Shown here piece after piece: positions 56,334 to 64,000 of a stretch of 64,000 nt of DNA (position 1 is the stretch's first letter; every line of letters starts with the position of its first letter). This DNA comes from Candidatus Eiseniibacteriota bacterium (GTDB taxonomy: Bacteria > Eisenbacteria > RBG-16-71-46 > JABDJR01), in assembly GCA_963783375.1 (NCBI GenBank), contig CAWANH010000028.1:224001-288000 (forward strand), given 5' to 3'. A program made the translations under genes and the position numbers. The notes beneath the pieces were generated by a model. The model was not told the origin of the DNA, ran no database searches, and was given only the letters and a program-made list of their open reading frames with translations.

Positions 56334-57749
56334 CTACGGGAAGACTCCCAGTTCGAGGTAGGACCGCGCCACCTTCTCGATGGCGATGGCGTAGGCCGCG
56401 GTCCGGAGCATGGTGATGCGATCGTCCGAGAGCATCTTCTGGGCGATCTCCCGGAAGGCCACCACCATGGTCTCCTCCAGGCCGGAGTACACGATGTCCT
56501 CCTCCTCGGCGCCGCGGATCACCCGGGCGCGGGCGGCCGGGCTCAACTCTTTCCCGGTCAGCTCCTCCAGGGCGGCCACCATGTGGGCGTGGGAGGCTTC
56601 CTGGAAGCGCTTGTCCATCCGTCCGAAACGGACGTGGGAGAGGTTCTTCAGCCACTCGAAGTAGGAGACCGTCACTCCCCCCGCATTGAGATACAGATCG
56701 GGGATGACCAGCCTTCCCCGTTCGAAGAGGGTATCGGCGGCGTTGACGGTGATCGGTCCGTTGGCCGCCTCGGCCACCACTTTCGCCTTCACCCGCTCCA
56801 CGTTGGCGGTGCGGATCTGGCGCTCCAGGGCGGCGGGGACCAGGATGTCGCACTCCACCTCGAGGACGGCCAGGGGATCGTCGATGGTCTTCGCCCCCGG
56901 AAGGTTCCGGATGGACCCGGTCTCCCTCCAATGAGCCATGATGTCATCCAGGACGAGGCCGTTCGGATCCACCAGGGTCCCGTCCCGCTCGGCGACCGCC
57001 ACCAGCTTGCAGCCGGCCTCGGTCAGGAACTTGGCCGCGTAGAAGCCCACGTTCCCCAGGCCCTGGACCGCCACGCTCTTCCCTTCCAGCCCCGGCTCGA
57101 GGCCCACGCGGGCCATGAGATCCCGGTGGGTCAGGCACTCCCGGATGCCGTAGAAGCACCCCAGGCCGGTGGCCTCCCGGCGTCCCCGGATCCCCCCCTG
57201 GGTCACCGGCTTGCCGGTCACACAGGCGTCGGCATCGATGTCGCCGGGGTGGAACGCGGAATAGGTGTCCACCATCCAGGCCATCTCGCGCTCCCCCGTC
57301 CCGTAGTCGGGTGCGGGAACGTCGATCCCCGGGCCGATGAAGTTCTTCCGGCAAAGTTCGGCGGTGTAGCGGCGGGTGATGGTCTCCAGTTCCTCGTCCG
57401 AGTACTGGGGGACGCTGATCTTGATCCCGCCCTTGGCCCCGCCGAACGGGGCGTCCACGATGGCGCACTTGTAGGTCATGAGCGCGGCCAGGGCCATCAC
57501 CTCGTCCTGGTCCACGGCCTGGCTGTAGCGGATGCCGCCCTTGGTGGGGAGCCGGTGCTGGCTGTGCTCGACCCGCCAGGCGGAGATGACCTCGTAGCCG
57601 CCCCCCTGCTTCTTGATCGGAAACTGCATGAAGTACACGCTGTTGCAGTGCCGAATCTGATCGAAGAGGCCCTTTGGATAACTCAGCAGGGCGGAGGCCC
57701 GGTCGAAGTTGCGATTTACGTCGCCGAAAAAACTCGTTTTCTCGGACAA
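56334..57749 (-). CDS. gdhA: Glu/Leu/Phe/Val dehydrogenase (glutamate dehydrogenase)
   Basis: KGGIRY, GGAKGG, DVPAPD, VTGKP, QGLGNVG, EAANGP, NAGGVTVSYFEW; TTG start after GGAGG. Confidence 0.93.
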   Translation of the reverse strand: MSEKTSFFGDVNRNFDRASALLSYPKGLFDQIRHCNSVYFMQFPIKKQGGGYEVISAWRVEHSQHRLPTKGGIRYSQAVDQDEVMALAALMTYKCAIVDAPFGGAKGGIKISVPQYSDEELETITRRYTAELCRKNFIGPGIDVPAPDYGTGEREMAWMVDTYSAFHPGDIDADACVTGKPVTQGGIRGRREATGLGCFYGIRECLTHRDLMARVGLEPGLEGKSVAVQGLGNVGFYAAKFLTEAGCKLVAVAERDGTLVDPNGLVLDDIMAHWRETGSIRNLPGAKTIDDPLAVLEVECDILVPAALERQIRTANVERVKAKVVAEAANGPITVNAADTLFERGRLVIPDLYLNAGGVTVSYFEWLKNLSHVRFGRMDKRFQEASHAHMVAALEELTGKELSPAARARVIRGAEEEDIVYSGLEETMVVAFREIAQKMLSDDRITMLRTAAYAIAIEKVARSYLELGVFP

Positions 57750-57909
57750 GCGAAAAACCTCCCGTTTCGAGGCCCGATGAGGCCGTTCAGCACACCCCGG
57801 GGGGAATCAGAGGGTCTGGTTCCACGGGCGAACGAACACAGATGGATCTGGAACCGCACAAGCCTAGCATGACCGGGGGGCCGGCCGGGACCGGGACGGG
57901 GACAAGGCG

Positions 57910-58644
57910 TCAGGCACCCTCATCCCGGACCACGAAGAAGGAAACCTGGTTCTGCAGTTCCCCAGGAACGCACTCCGCCTTGACCTGGACCCGGACCGAC
58001 TTCAGAACGTGGAAGACCCAGGACCCGATCCGGCCCTGTTCCCGGTTCCAGAGAAGGGTTCTCCGGCCGCCTCCCAGGACGAATTGGAGCTGGTAGTTGC
58101 GGACCTGGAGGAAGCAGGCGCTGTTCTCCTCGCGGGGATCGCACCCGGCGCTGCCGAAGAACACGTTCAGGTCGCCGTCGGTTCCCAGGCTCCCGTACCC
58201 GTCCGGGAAGATCCGGGGCTCGGAAGGGAGCCAGTCGGTCACTCCCATGTACCTCAATCCCTTGTCGTCGAGGATCTTGAAGCCGAAAGCCGGGGGAACT
58301 CCCCCCAACATCTGGAAGGTGAAGGTGTAGGTCGAGTCGACCTCGATCGGGAGGGCGTAACCCAGCCGGGGAAAGACGAACCGGACCGGCCGATCCGCGG
58401 CGGTCCGCACGCCATACTCGTAGGTGGCCGGTGTGTCCTCCCCAACCCGGATGCTCCGCACCGTGGCGGTGAAGGTCTGGATCTGCTCGTCCACCGCGGG
58501 GTCCACGGAGAAGCTGAACTCGGGTTCCGGGAGCCGCGTGCAGTGCTCGGGCTGGTTGTTGCAGCCGACGAGCGCCAGGACGACCAGACCGCCCCCGATC
58601 GCCGCCGGCCGCGACCACCGCGACACGAAACGTCCTGAGTTCAT
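57910..58644 (-). CDS. Hypothetical lipoprotein
   Basis: GAGGAG RBS; lipobox LVGC; beta-rich with several Cys. Confidence 0.7.
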   Translation of the reverse strand: MNSGRFVSRWSRPAAIGGGLVVLALVGCNNQPEHCTRLPEPEFSFSVDPAVDEQIQTFTATVRSIRVGEDTPATYEYGVRTAADRPVRFVFPRLGYALPIEVDSTYTFTFQMLGGVPPAFGFKILDDKGLRYMGVTDWLPSEPRIFPDGYGSLGTDGDLNVFFGSAGCDPREENSACFLQVRNYQLQFVLGGGRRTLLWNREQGRIGSWVFHVLKSVRVQVKAECVPGELQNQVSFFVVRDEGA

Positions 58645-59192
58645 GGGACTCCTCTTCCAAGCCCGAATCCGGCCGGAGCCGGGTGCATGGCGCCTCGCCG
58701 CCCCATCGGGGATCCCCGGCAGTCGGACGCGTCGGCTGAGCTTACCGCGTCGGGGGGAGCTTCCCAAGGCCGCATCGGGGGGGGAGATCACCGAAGCCCC
58801 GGAACCCGGTCACGCCGACCGGCGGGGCGCGTAGTGGGGAATAGGACCTCCCCCCGGAGAAGTATCTCCTGGTGTTCGAGCCCGTCTATTCCGATGACGG
58901 ACACAGATCGAACCGGACCTGCCGTTTATCCCGATGTCCGGCGGGGATCCGAAGCGCACCTGGCCGAGCTCCCCAGCGTCACACTCTGGCCGGAAGCGAT
59001 CGGTCCCCGCCGGCGTTTCCCGTCCCAGCGGCCCGGGTCTCATGCGAGTTCCCTGCCTCGCCCCCCCGCCGGACCCCGAAATCCCCGTATTCCGGCGATT
59101 TCCGCGCATCGCATCTCAATCGGGTCCCCTCATCCGCCGATAATTCAAGGGTGGATACCTACAACTTGTTACCAAACAGGCACTTGCGTGTA

Positions 59193-59630
59193 ATGACCGG
59201 CCCGGGGGCGTCGACCCGCCTTCGTCGCGGCCTCCGGGCCCTCCTGGTTCTCGACGTGCGCCGTCCCGAGGCCCGCGCCCTGGCCATCCTGGCCGTCGAG
59301 GAACTTGTGGCCAACATCGCCGAGCACGGCTACGGCGGCGAAGCGGGGCGCCCCATCGCCCTGAGCGTCCAGGCCCGGGAGGACGAGAGCTTCGAGATCA
59401 CGATCCGGGACCGGGCGCCGTCGGTGGACGTGACCGGGATTCCGCCGAAGAACCTGGGGCGCCTGGCTCACGACCGCGCGGTCCGGGGAAGGGGGTTGGC
59501 CATGGCTCGCCTGCTCTCCCGCTCCATGGAACACCACCTCCGCCCGGGCGGCGGGAACGAGCTGACCCTGGTTTTCGACGCCGTCGATCTCTCGCGGCGG
59601 GTGGCGGAGGATCTCGGTGACGCAGCCTGA
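59193..59630 (+). CDS. Anti-sigma factor / Ser-Thr kinase (RsbW/SpoIIAB-like HATPase)
   Basis: LAVEELVANIAEHGY, ITIRD, RGRGL, GNEL. Start uncertain (GTG 59151 also in frame). Confidence 0.8.
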   Translation: MTGPGASTRLRRGLRALLVLDVRRPEARALAILAVEELVANIAEHGYGGEAGRPIALSVQAREDESFEITIRDRAPSVDVTGIPPKNLGRLAHDRAVRGRGLAMARLLSRSMEHHLRPGGGNELTLVFDAVDLSRRVAEDLGDAA

Positions 59631-59686
59631 CCGCGACACCCATCTCATTTCCATCTCGCGCATCGCCTGCGTGGGAAAGCGCGGAG

Positions 59687-60001
59687 GTGTCGGTCCAACG
59701 GTTCCGCGGAGCGGTCCGGGAATCCACCCTCGACGACTTCCGCGATCGCCTGGCCGAGGCCGGGGAGCGGGCCCCCTTCCTGCTCCTGGACCTTTCGGAG
59801 ACGGAGTACCTGAGCTCCACCGGCCTGGGCCTCATCCTGGGACAGGCGGAGGTCCAGGAAGCGCGGGGAGGGTGGCTCCGGCTGGTCGCCCCATCCCCCG
59901 CGGTGAGCATGATCCTCCGTCTCTCGGGAGTCAGCGAGACGCTCCCCCCCTGGAGGGACGAGACCAACGCCCTGCGGGACCTGGCTTCCCGGGCCGCCTA
60001 A
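59687..60001 (+). CDS. STAS domain anti-anti-sigma factor (RsbV/SpoIIAA-like)
   Basis: LLLDLSETEYLSSTGLGLI, GGWLRL, LRLSG. The true start may be 59617 across a frameshift. Confidence 0.85.
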   Translation: MSVQRFRGAVRESTLDDFRDRLAEAGERAPFLLLDLSETEYLSSTGLGLILGQAEVQEARGGWLRLVAPSPAVSMILRLSGVSETLPPWRDETNALRDLASRAA

Positions 60002-60053
60002 CGAACCCACCACGGCGGCGGGCGGCGGGCGCCCGCCGGCCGGCCCGGGCGGC

Positions 60054-61019
60054 TCACCGGTTCCGGAGCCTCGGATCCAGCGCGTCGCGGAGCCCGTCCC
60101 CCAGGAAGTTCAAGGAGAACAGAGTCAATCCCAGGGCCAGCCCCGGGAAGAGGATCAGCCACCACGCGGTGTGGATGGCGGTGATGGCGCTCGCCCCCTC
60201 GGCGGCCAAGAGTCCCCAGGACGCGTTGGGCGGTTGTACCCCGAGGCCGAGGAAGGACAGAAAGGCCTCCTCCAGCATGACCGCGGGCACGGTGAGGGTG
60301 GCGTAGACGATGATGGGGCCGAGGAGGTTGGGGATCAGGTGCCGGAAGATGATCCGGCGATGGCTCCCGCCGAGGGCGACGATGGCGTGGACGAACTCCT
60401 GGCTCCGGAGCTGGATCATCTGGCCGCGCACGATCCGGCTCATGGTGAGCCACTGCACCGCTCCCAAGGCAAGGAAGAGCAGGACCAGGTGCCTCCCGAA
60501 GTAGGCCACGAGCAGAATGACGAAGAACATGAACGGGAGGCTGTAGAGCATGTCCACGAAGCGCATCATCGCGTTGTCGGTGAGGCCGCCTCGGTAGCCG
60601 GCCACCGCCCCCCAGGTCACCCCGATGGCCAGGCTCACCAGGGTGGCCACCAGGCCCACCGCCAGCGATAGCCGGCCTCCGTAGAGAACCCGGGTGTAGA
60701 CGTCGCGGCCGGCGAGGTCGGTGCCGAAGGGATGATGCAGGTTCGGGGGCTGGAGCTGGTTCACCAGGTCCTGATCCTCGAAGTGGTACGGGGTGAGGAG
60801 CGGGGCGGCGAGGGTGGCGGCAACGATGATCACCAGGAGCACCCCGCCGGTCACCGCCATCCGGCTCTTCAGGAGCCGCCGGAAGGCATCCTTCCAGAAC
60901 CCCACCCCGGCCACCGGCTCGGCGGGGCGCGCCCCGGGGTCCAGGGCGATCTCCCGATCGGGCGTCTTCCAGCCCGCGTCGCGGGCCCGGGAGGTGACCA
61001 CGGGGCGGTCCTCGCTCAT
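60054..61019 (-). CDS. oppC: Oligopeptide ABC transporter permease
   Basis: FWKDAFRRL, HPFGTDLAGRD, EFV.AIVALG, EAFLSFLGLG, GDGLRDALDPR. Confidence 0.93.
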   Translation of the reverse strand: MSEDRPVVTSRARDAGWKTPDREIALDPGARPAEPVAGVGFWKDAFRRLLKSRMAVTGGVLLVIIVAATLAAPLLTPYHFEDQDLVNQLQPPNLHHPFGTDLAGRDVYTRVLYGGRLSLAVGLVATLVSLAIGVTWGAVAGYRGGLTDNAMMRFVDMLYSLPFMFFVILLVAYFGRHLVLLFLALGAVQWLTMSRIVRGQMIQLRSQEFVHAIVALGGSHRRIIFRHLIPNLLGPIIVYATLTVPAVMLEEAFLSFLGLGVQPPNASWGLLAAEGASAITAIHTAWWLILFPGLALGLTLFSLNFLGDGLRDALDPRLRNR

Positions 61020-61933
61020 CGAAGCTCCACCCGCGGGTCCACCACCGCGTACAGGACGTCCACCAGCAGGTTCAACGTGATGAGGAGGCCGCTGTAGAGG
61101 AGCACCGTTCCCATGGCCACGGTGTAATCGCGGTTGAGCGCCGAGTTCACGAAGAAGCTTCCCAGCCCGGGGATGTTGAACACCCGCTCCACCACCACCG
61201 AACCCACCAGGATGCTGGCCGCGGCCGGCCCCAGGTAGCTCAGGACGGGAAGAATCGCCACCCGGAGCGCGTGCTTCCCCACCACCACCCGCTCCCGGAG
61301 GCCCTTGGCCCGGGCGGTGCGGATGAAGTCCAGACGGATCACCTCGAGCATCCCCGCCCGGGACAGCCGGGCCACGTAGGCGGCCCGGATCGCTCCCAGG
61401 GTCACCGCGGGGAGGAGGAGCTGCCGGAACGTGCCCCATCCCCCGGCGGGGAGCCAGCCCAGGGTGAAGGAGAAGATGATGATCAGGATGGGGCCGAGAA
61501 CGAAGTTTGGAATGCAGATCCCCATGAGGCTGAAGCCCATCACCGCGTAGTCCCGGCTCTGGTTGTGGTAGAGGGCGCCGAATACCCCGGCGGGAATCCC
61601 CAGCAGGAGCGCCAGAGCCAGGGCCATGGCCCCCAGGGTGAGGCTCACCGGGAGCGACTGGGCGATGATCTCGTTCACGGTGCGGGCGGGGTACTTGAAC
61701 GAGGGGCCGAGGTCCCCGTGGAGGAGCCCGCCCACGTAGCGCAGGAACTGCCGCCCCAGGGATTCGTCCAGGTGGTACTTGGCCTCGAGGTTCCGCTCGA
61801 TCTGGGGGGAGACGCTTCGCTCCGCGTCGAAGGGCCCGCCGGGGGCGGACCGCATGAACACGAAGCTGAAGAACAGGATCGCGAACAGGAGGGGGATCGT
61901 GGAGAGGAGACGGCGGACGACGTAGGCGGTCAT
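61016..61933 (-). CDS. oppB: Oligopeptide ABC transporter permease
   Basis: APGGPF, GDLGPSF, DFIRTARAKGL, NRDY, VDPR. Confidence 0.93.
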   Translation of the reverse strand: MTAYVVRRLLSTIPLLFAILFFSFVFMRSAPGGPFDAERSVSPQIERNLEAKYHLDESLGRQFLRYVGGLLHGDLGPSFKYPARTVNEIIAQSLPVSLTLGAMALALALLLGIPAGVFGALYHNQSRDYAVMGFSLMGICIPNFVLGPILIIIFSFTLGWLPAGGWGTFRQLLLPAVTLGAIRAAYVARLSRAGMLEVIRLDFIRTARAKGLRERVVVGKHALRVAILPVLSYLGPAAASILVGSVVVERVFNIPGLGSFFVNSALNRDYTVAMGTVLLYSGLLITLNLLVDVLYAVVDPRVELR

Positions 61934-63627
61934 GGACGGGTGAAGGCCGGGGCGGCCGAGGCCACCGTGGAATCGGGACCGGAAAGCCGGGTGTCGCGGG
62001 GATGTCCCCGATGGCCGCGGAGGGGAACCACGCTCCGGAGGTTGAGGAGGTTCAGGAGGTTCGGCTTCAGACCGGCGAAATCCCGGTCGTCGTAGAGGTT
62101 CTGGACCACGTAGTAGTAGAGGGGAAGCACCACCATCTCCCGGTTGGTCACCATGTCCTCCGCCCGGTGCAGGAGATCCATCCGCTTTTCCGGGTCGAGG
62201 GTGCGCGCGGCCCGTCCGATCAGCGAGTCGTAGTCCGGGTTCGCGAACCCGGTCCGATTGTTGCCGTTGGTGGAGGTCCACAGGTCGAGGAAGGTGTTGG
62301 GGTCCAGGTAGTCCCCGATCCAGCTCCCCCGGGAGATCCAGTAGTTCTCGGCATCCTGGGTGGACAGAAAGACCTTCCACTCCTGGTTCACCAGCTCCAC
62401 TTCGACCCCCAGGGCCTTCTTCCACTGCTGCTGAAGCACCTCGGCGATCTGCTTGTGGGACTCCGAGGTGTTGAAGAGGAGCTCCACGTGGGGAAAGCCC
62501 TTGCCGCCGGGATAACCGGCCGCGGCCAGGAGCTTCCGGGCCTCCTCCACGTTCCGGTCGGGCATCACGGCCTCGTGATAGCCGGGAACGCCCGGCGGGA
62601 CCAGGCTGTGGGCCGGGACCTGGCCCGCCCGGAGCACGTACTCCGTGATCTCCCGGCGGTTCGTGGCCAGGAAGAACGCCCGGCGCACCCGGACGTCGTC
62701 GAAGGGGGGGCGCTTGACGTTGAAGCGGTAGAAGTAGGTGGCGAAGTAGGGGGCCACGTGGAAGTCGGGGCGCTTCCGGAGCTCGGGGATCACGAAGAGC
62801 GGGGTGGCCCCCGAGTCGGTCCAGTCCAGGATCCCGCTCATGTAGAGGTTGAAGTTGGCGTTGATGTTGTCGGAGGACACCCCGTCGGTGACGCCGAGGG
62901 CGATGTTCTCCGCGTTCCAGTAGTCCGGGTTCCTGACCAGGCGGACGTGGCGGTCGAGAAGCCACTCCTCGAGGAGAAAGGGGCCGTTGGTGACGATGTT
63001 CTCCGGCTTGATCCACTGGTCGCCGTACTTCGCCACCGCCCAGGAGGGAACCGGCAGGTAGGTGTAGAAGGCGCAGAGATCCGGGAAGTAGGCGCAGGGC
63101 GCCCCGAGGTCCACCACCAGGGTGGAGTCGTCGGGCGCGTGGAACCCCAGGGAGTCGGGGTCGGTGATCCGGCCGGAGTTGTAGGCCTCGGCGTTCCGGA
63201 TGGGATAGAGGATCCCGGCGTAGCGGGCGGCGGTGGCCGGGTTCAGGACCCGCTCCCAGGCGTAGACGAAGTCGCCGGCGGTGACCGGACGGCCGTCGGT
63301 CCAGCGCGCCCGGCGGAGGTGGAAGGTGTAGGTGATTCCGTCCGGGCTCCGCTCCCAGGAGCGGGCCATCCCCGGAACCGCCCGGAGGTCGTCGTCCTGG
63401 TAGGTGAGGCCCTCGAAGATGTTCCGGGCCACCCGGCCCCCGGGCTGTCCGGTCACCAGGCCCGGGTCGATGCTCTCGGGTTCGGCCCCCAGAAGCCAAA
63501 CGAAGTCCGCCGGGGCCTCCTTGCCGCCGCAGCCGCCGAGCCCGATGAGGGCGATGAGTAGGAGGGGGGCGAGGACCGAGGCGAGGGGGACCGGTCCCCG
63601 GACGCCAGAGTTGCCGGGACGCACCAT
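61930..63627 (-). CDS. oppA: Peptide ABC transporter substrate-binding lipoprotein
   Basis: Lipobox LGGC; EPESIDP, FEGL, WTDGRPVTAGDF, NGPF, PFDDVRVR, WIGDY.DP. Confidence 0.92.
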   Translation of the reverse strand: MVRPGNSGVRGPVPLASVLAPLLLIALIGLGGCGGKEAPADFVWLLGAEPESIDPGLVTGQPGGRVARNIFEGLTYQDDDLRAVPGMARSWERSPDGITYTFHLRRARWTDGRPVTAGDFVYAWERVLNPATAARYAGILYPIRNAEAYNSGRITDPDSLGFHAPDDSTLVVDLGAPCAYFPDLCAFYTYLPVPSWAVAKYGDQWIKPENIVTNGPFLLEEWLLDRHVRLVRNPDYWNAENIALGVTDGVSSDNINANFNLYMSGILDWTDSGATPLFVIPELRKRPDFHVAPYFATYFYRFNVKRPPFDDVRVRRAFFLATNRREITEYVLRAGQVPAHSLVPPGVPGYHEAVMPDRNVEEARKLLAAAGYPGGKGFPHVELLFNTSESHKQIAEVLQQQWKKALGVEVELVNQEWKVFLSTQDAENYWISRGSWIGDYLDPNTFLDLWTSTNGNNRTGFANPDYDSLIGRAARTLDPEKRMDLLHRAEDMVTNREMVVLPLYYYVVQNLYDDRDFAGLKPNLLNLLNLRSVVPLRGHRGHPRDTRLSGPDSTVASAAPAFTRP

Positions 63628-63782
63628 GGCGACAAGCCTAGCACAGCCGGAGCCGGGCTCTTCCGGGCGGTCTTGCGCCGATCCCGGGGAAGGTGTATCA
63701 AGACGACGATCGGGCTTCGTGTCCATGTCCGAAACCGCTTGCCGGAGGCCCGAACGCCTCCGCGTCCGGGAGGAAAGTCCCA

Positions 63783-64000
63783 ATGCGTCGTCTACTCTCC
63801 GTTCTCGTCCTGATCGCCCTGGCCGCCCTGGCCGGTTGCATCAACTACGAGGAGCACGTCCAGATCCAGAAGGACGGCTCCGGCACCCTCACCATGCACA
63901 TGGCCATGGACCGGCACATGATCGACCAGATGCAGACCATGGCCGAGCAGTTCGGGGAGAGCGATTCCGACCCTCTCGAGGACGTCCGCTCCGATCTGAA
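63783..64000 (+). CDS. Lipoprotein (LppM/DUF3153-like), 3'-truncated by window edge
   Basis: Translated by hand: MRRLLSVLVLIALAALAGCINYEEHVQIQKDGSGTLTM; GGAGG RBS; not in the ORF track. Confidence 0.75.
   Translation, partial: MRRLLSVLVLIALAALAGCINYEEHVQIQKDGSGTLTMHMAMDRHMIDQMQTMAEQFGESDSDPLEDVRSDL

Noticed and set aside
54963-57872. 969-aa plus-strand ORF
   Set aside because: Antisense shadow of ispG and GDH caused by high-GC codon bias; no recognisable motifs.
63770-63781. GAGGAAAGTCC, matching the conserved RNase P RNA motif
   Set aside because: It is the ribosome binding site of the lipoprotein gene starting at 63783; the rest of the RNase P consensus is absent and the downstream sequence is clearly coding.
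1-64000. tRNA, rRNA, transposase, integrase, prophage or defence genes
   Set aside because: No cloverleaf or rRNA signatures and no recombinase, nuclease or phage motifs were seen by eye; a short or divergent element could have been missed.

Overview
High-GC bacterial chromosomal segment with about 53 protein-coding genes. I found no rRNA, tRNA, transposase, phage or cas genes. The content is dominated by envelope and secreted functions: an ECF sigma/anti-sigma/Spy-like triad, secreted peptidases (S41, M3B, M13, a metzincin), glycoside hydrolases (GH18, GH31), four GT-C-like membrane proteins, an OmpR/HK pair and an orphan GspE/PilB ATPase coupled to an HDOD protein. Housekeeping genes include prmA, fadI/fadJ, ispG, GDH and oppABC. 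Four secreted enzymes end in a FlgD-Ig/T9SS-like C-terminal domain and two others end in a short 'TWGxxKxxY' tail; by inference this points to an Eisenbacteria/Krumholzibacteria-type lineage. The most unusual locus is at about 1.5-5.5 kb on the minus strand. It has a 1026-aa protein (signal peptide, outer-membrane beta-barrel, ~600-aa helical rod, hydrophobic tip; 20 Cys after the barrel), a translationally coupled small secreted protein, and then a ~180-nt self-complementary candidate ncRNA ending in a terminator. Other observations are a promoter motif shared by the two-component operon and a Spy-like lipoprotein gene, a pair of 36-bp repeats, one clear frameshift (fadJ) and one possible frameshift (STAS gene). 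All calls come from reading motifs by eye; no database searches or folding programs were run, and several start codons are best guesses.
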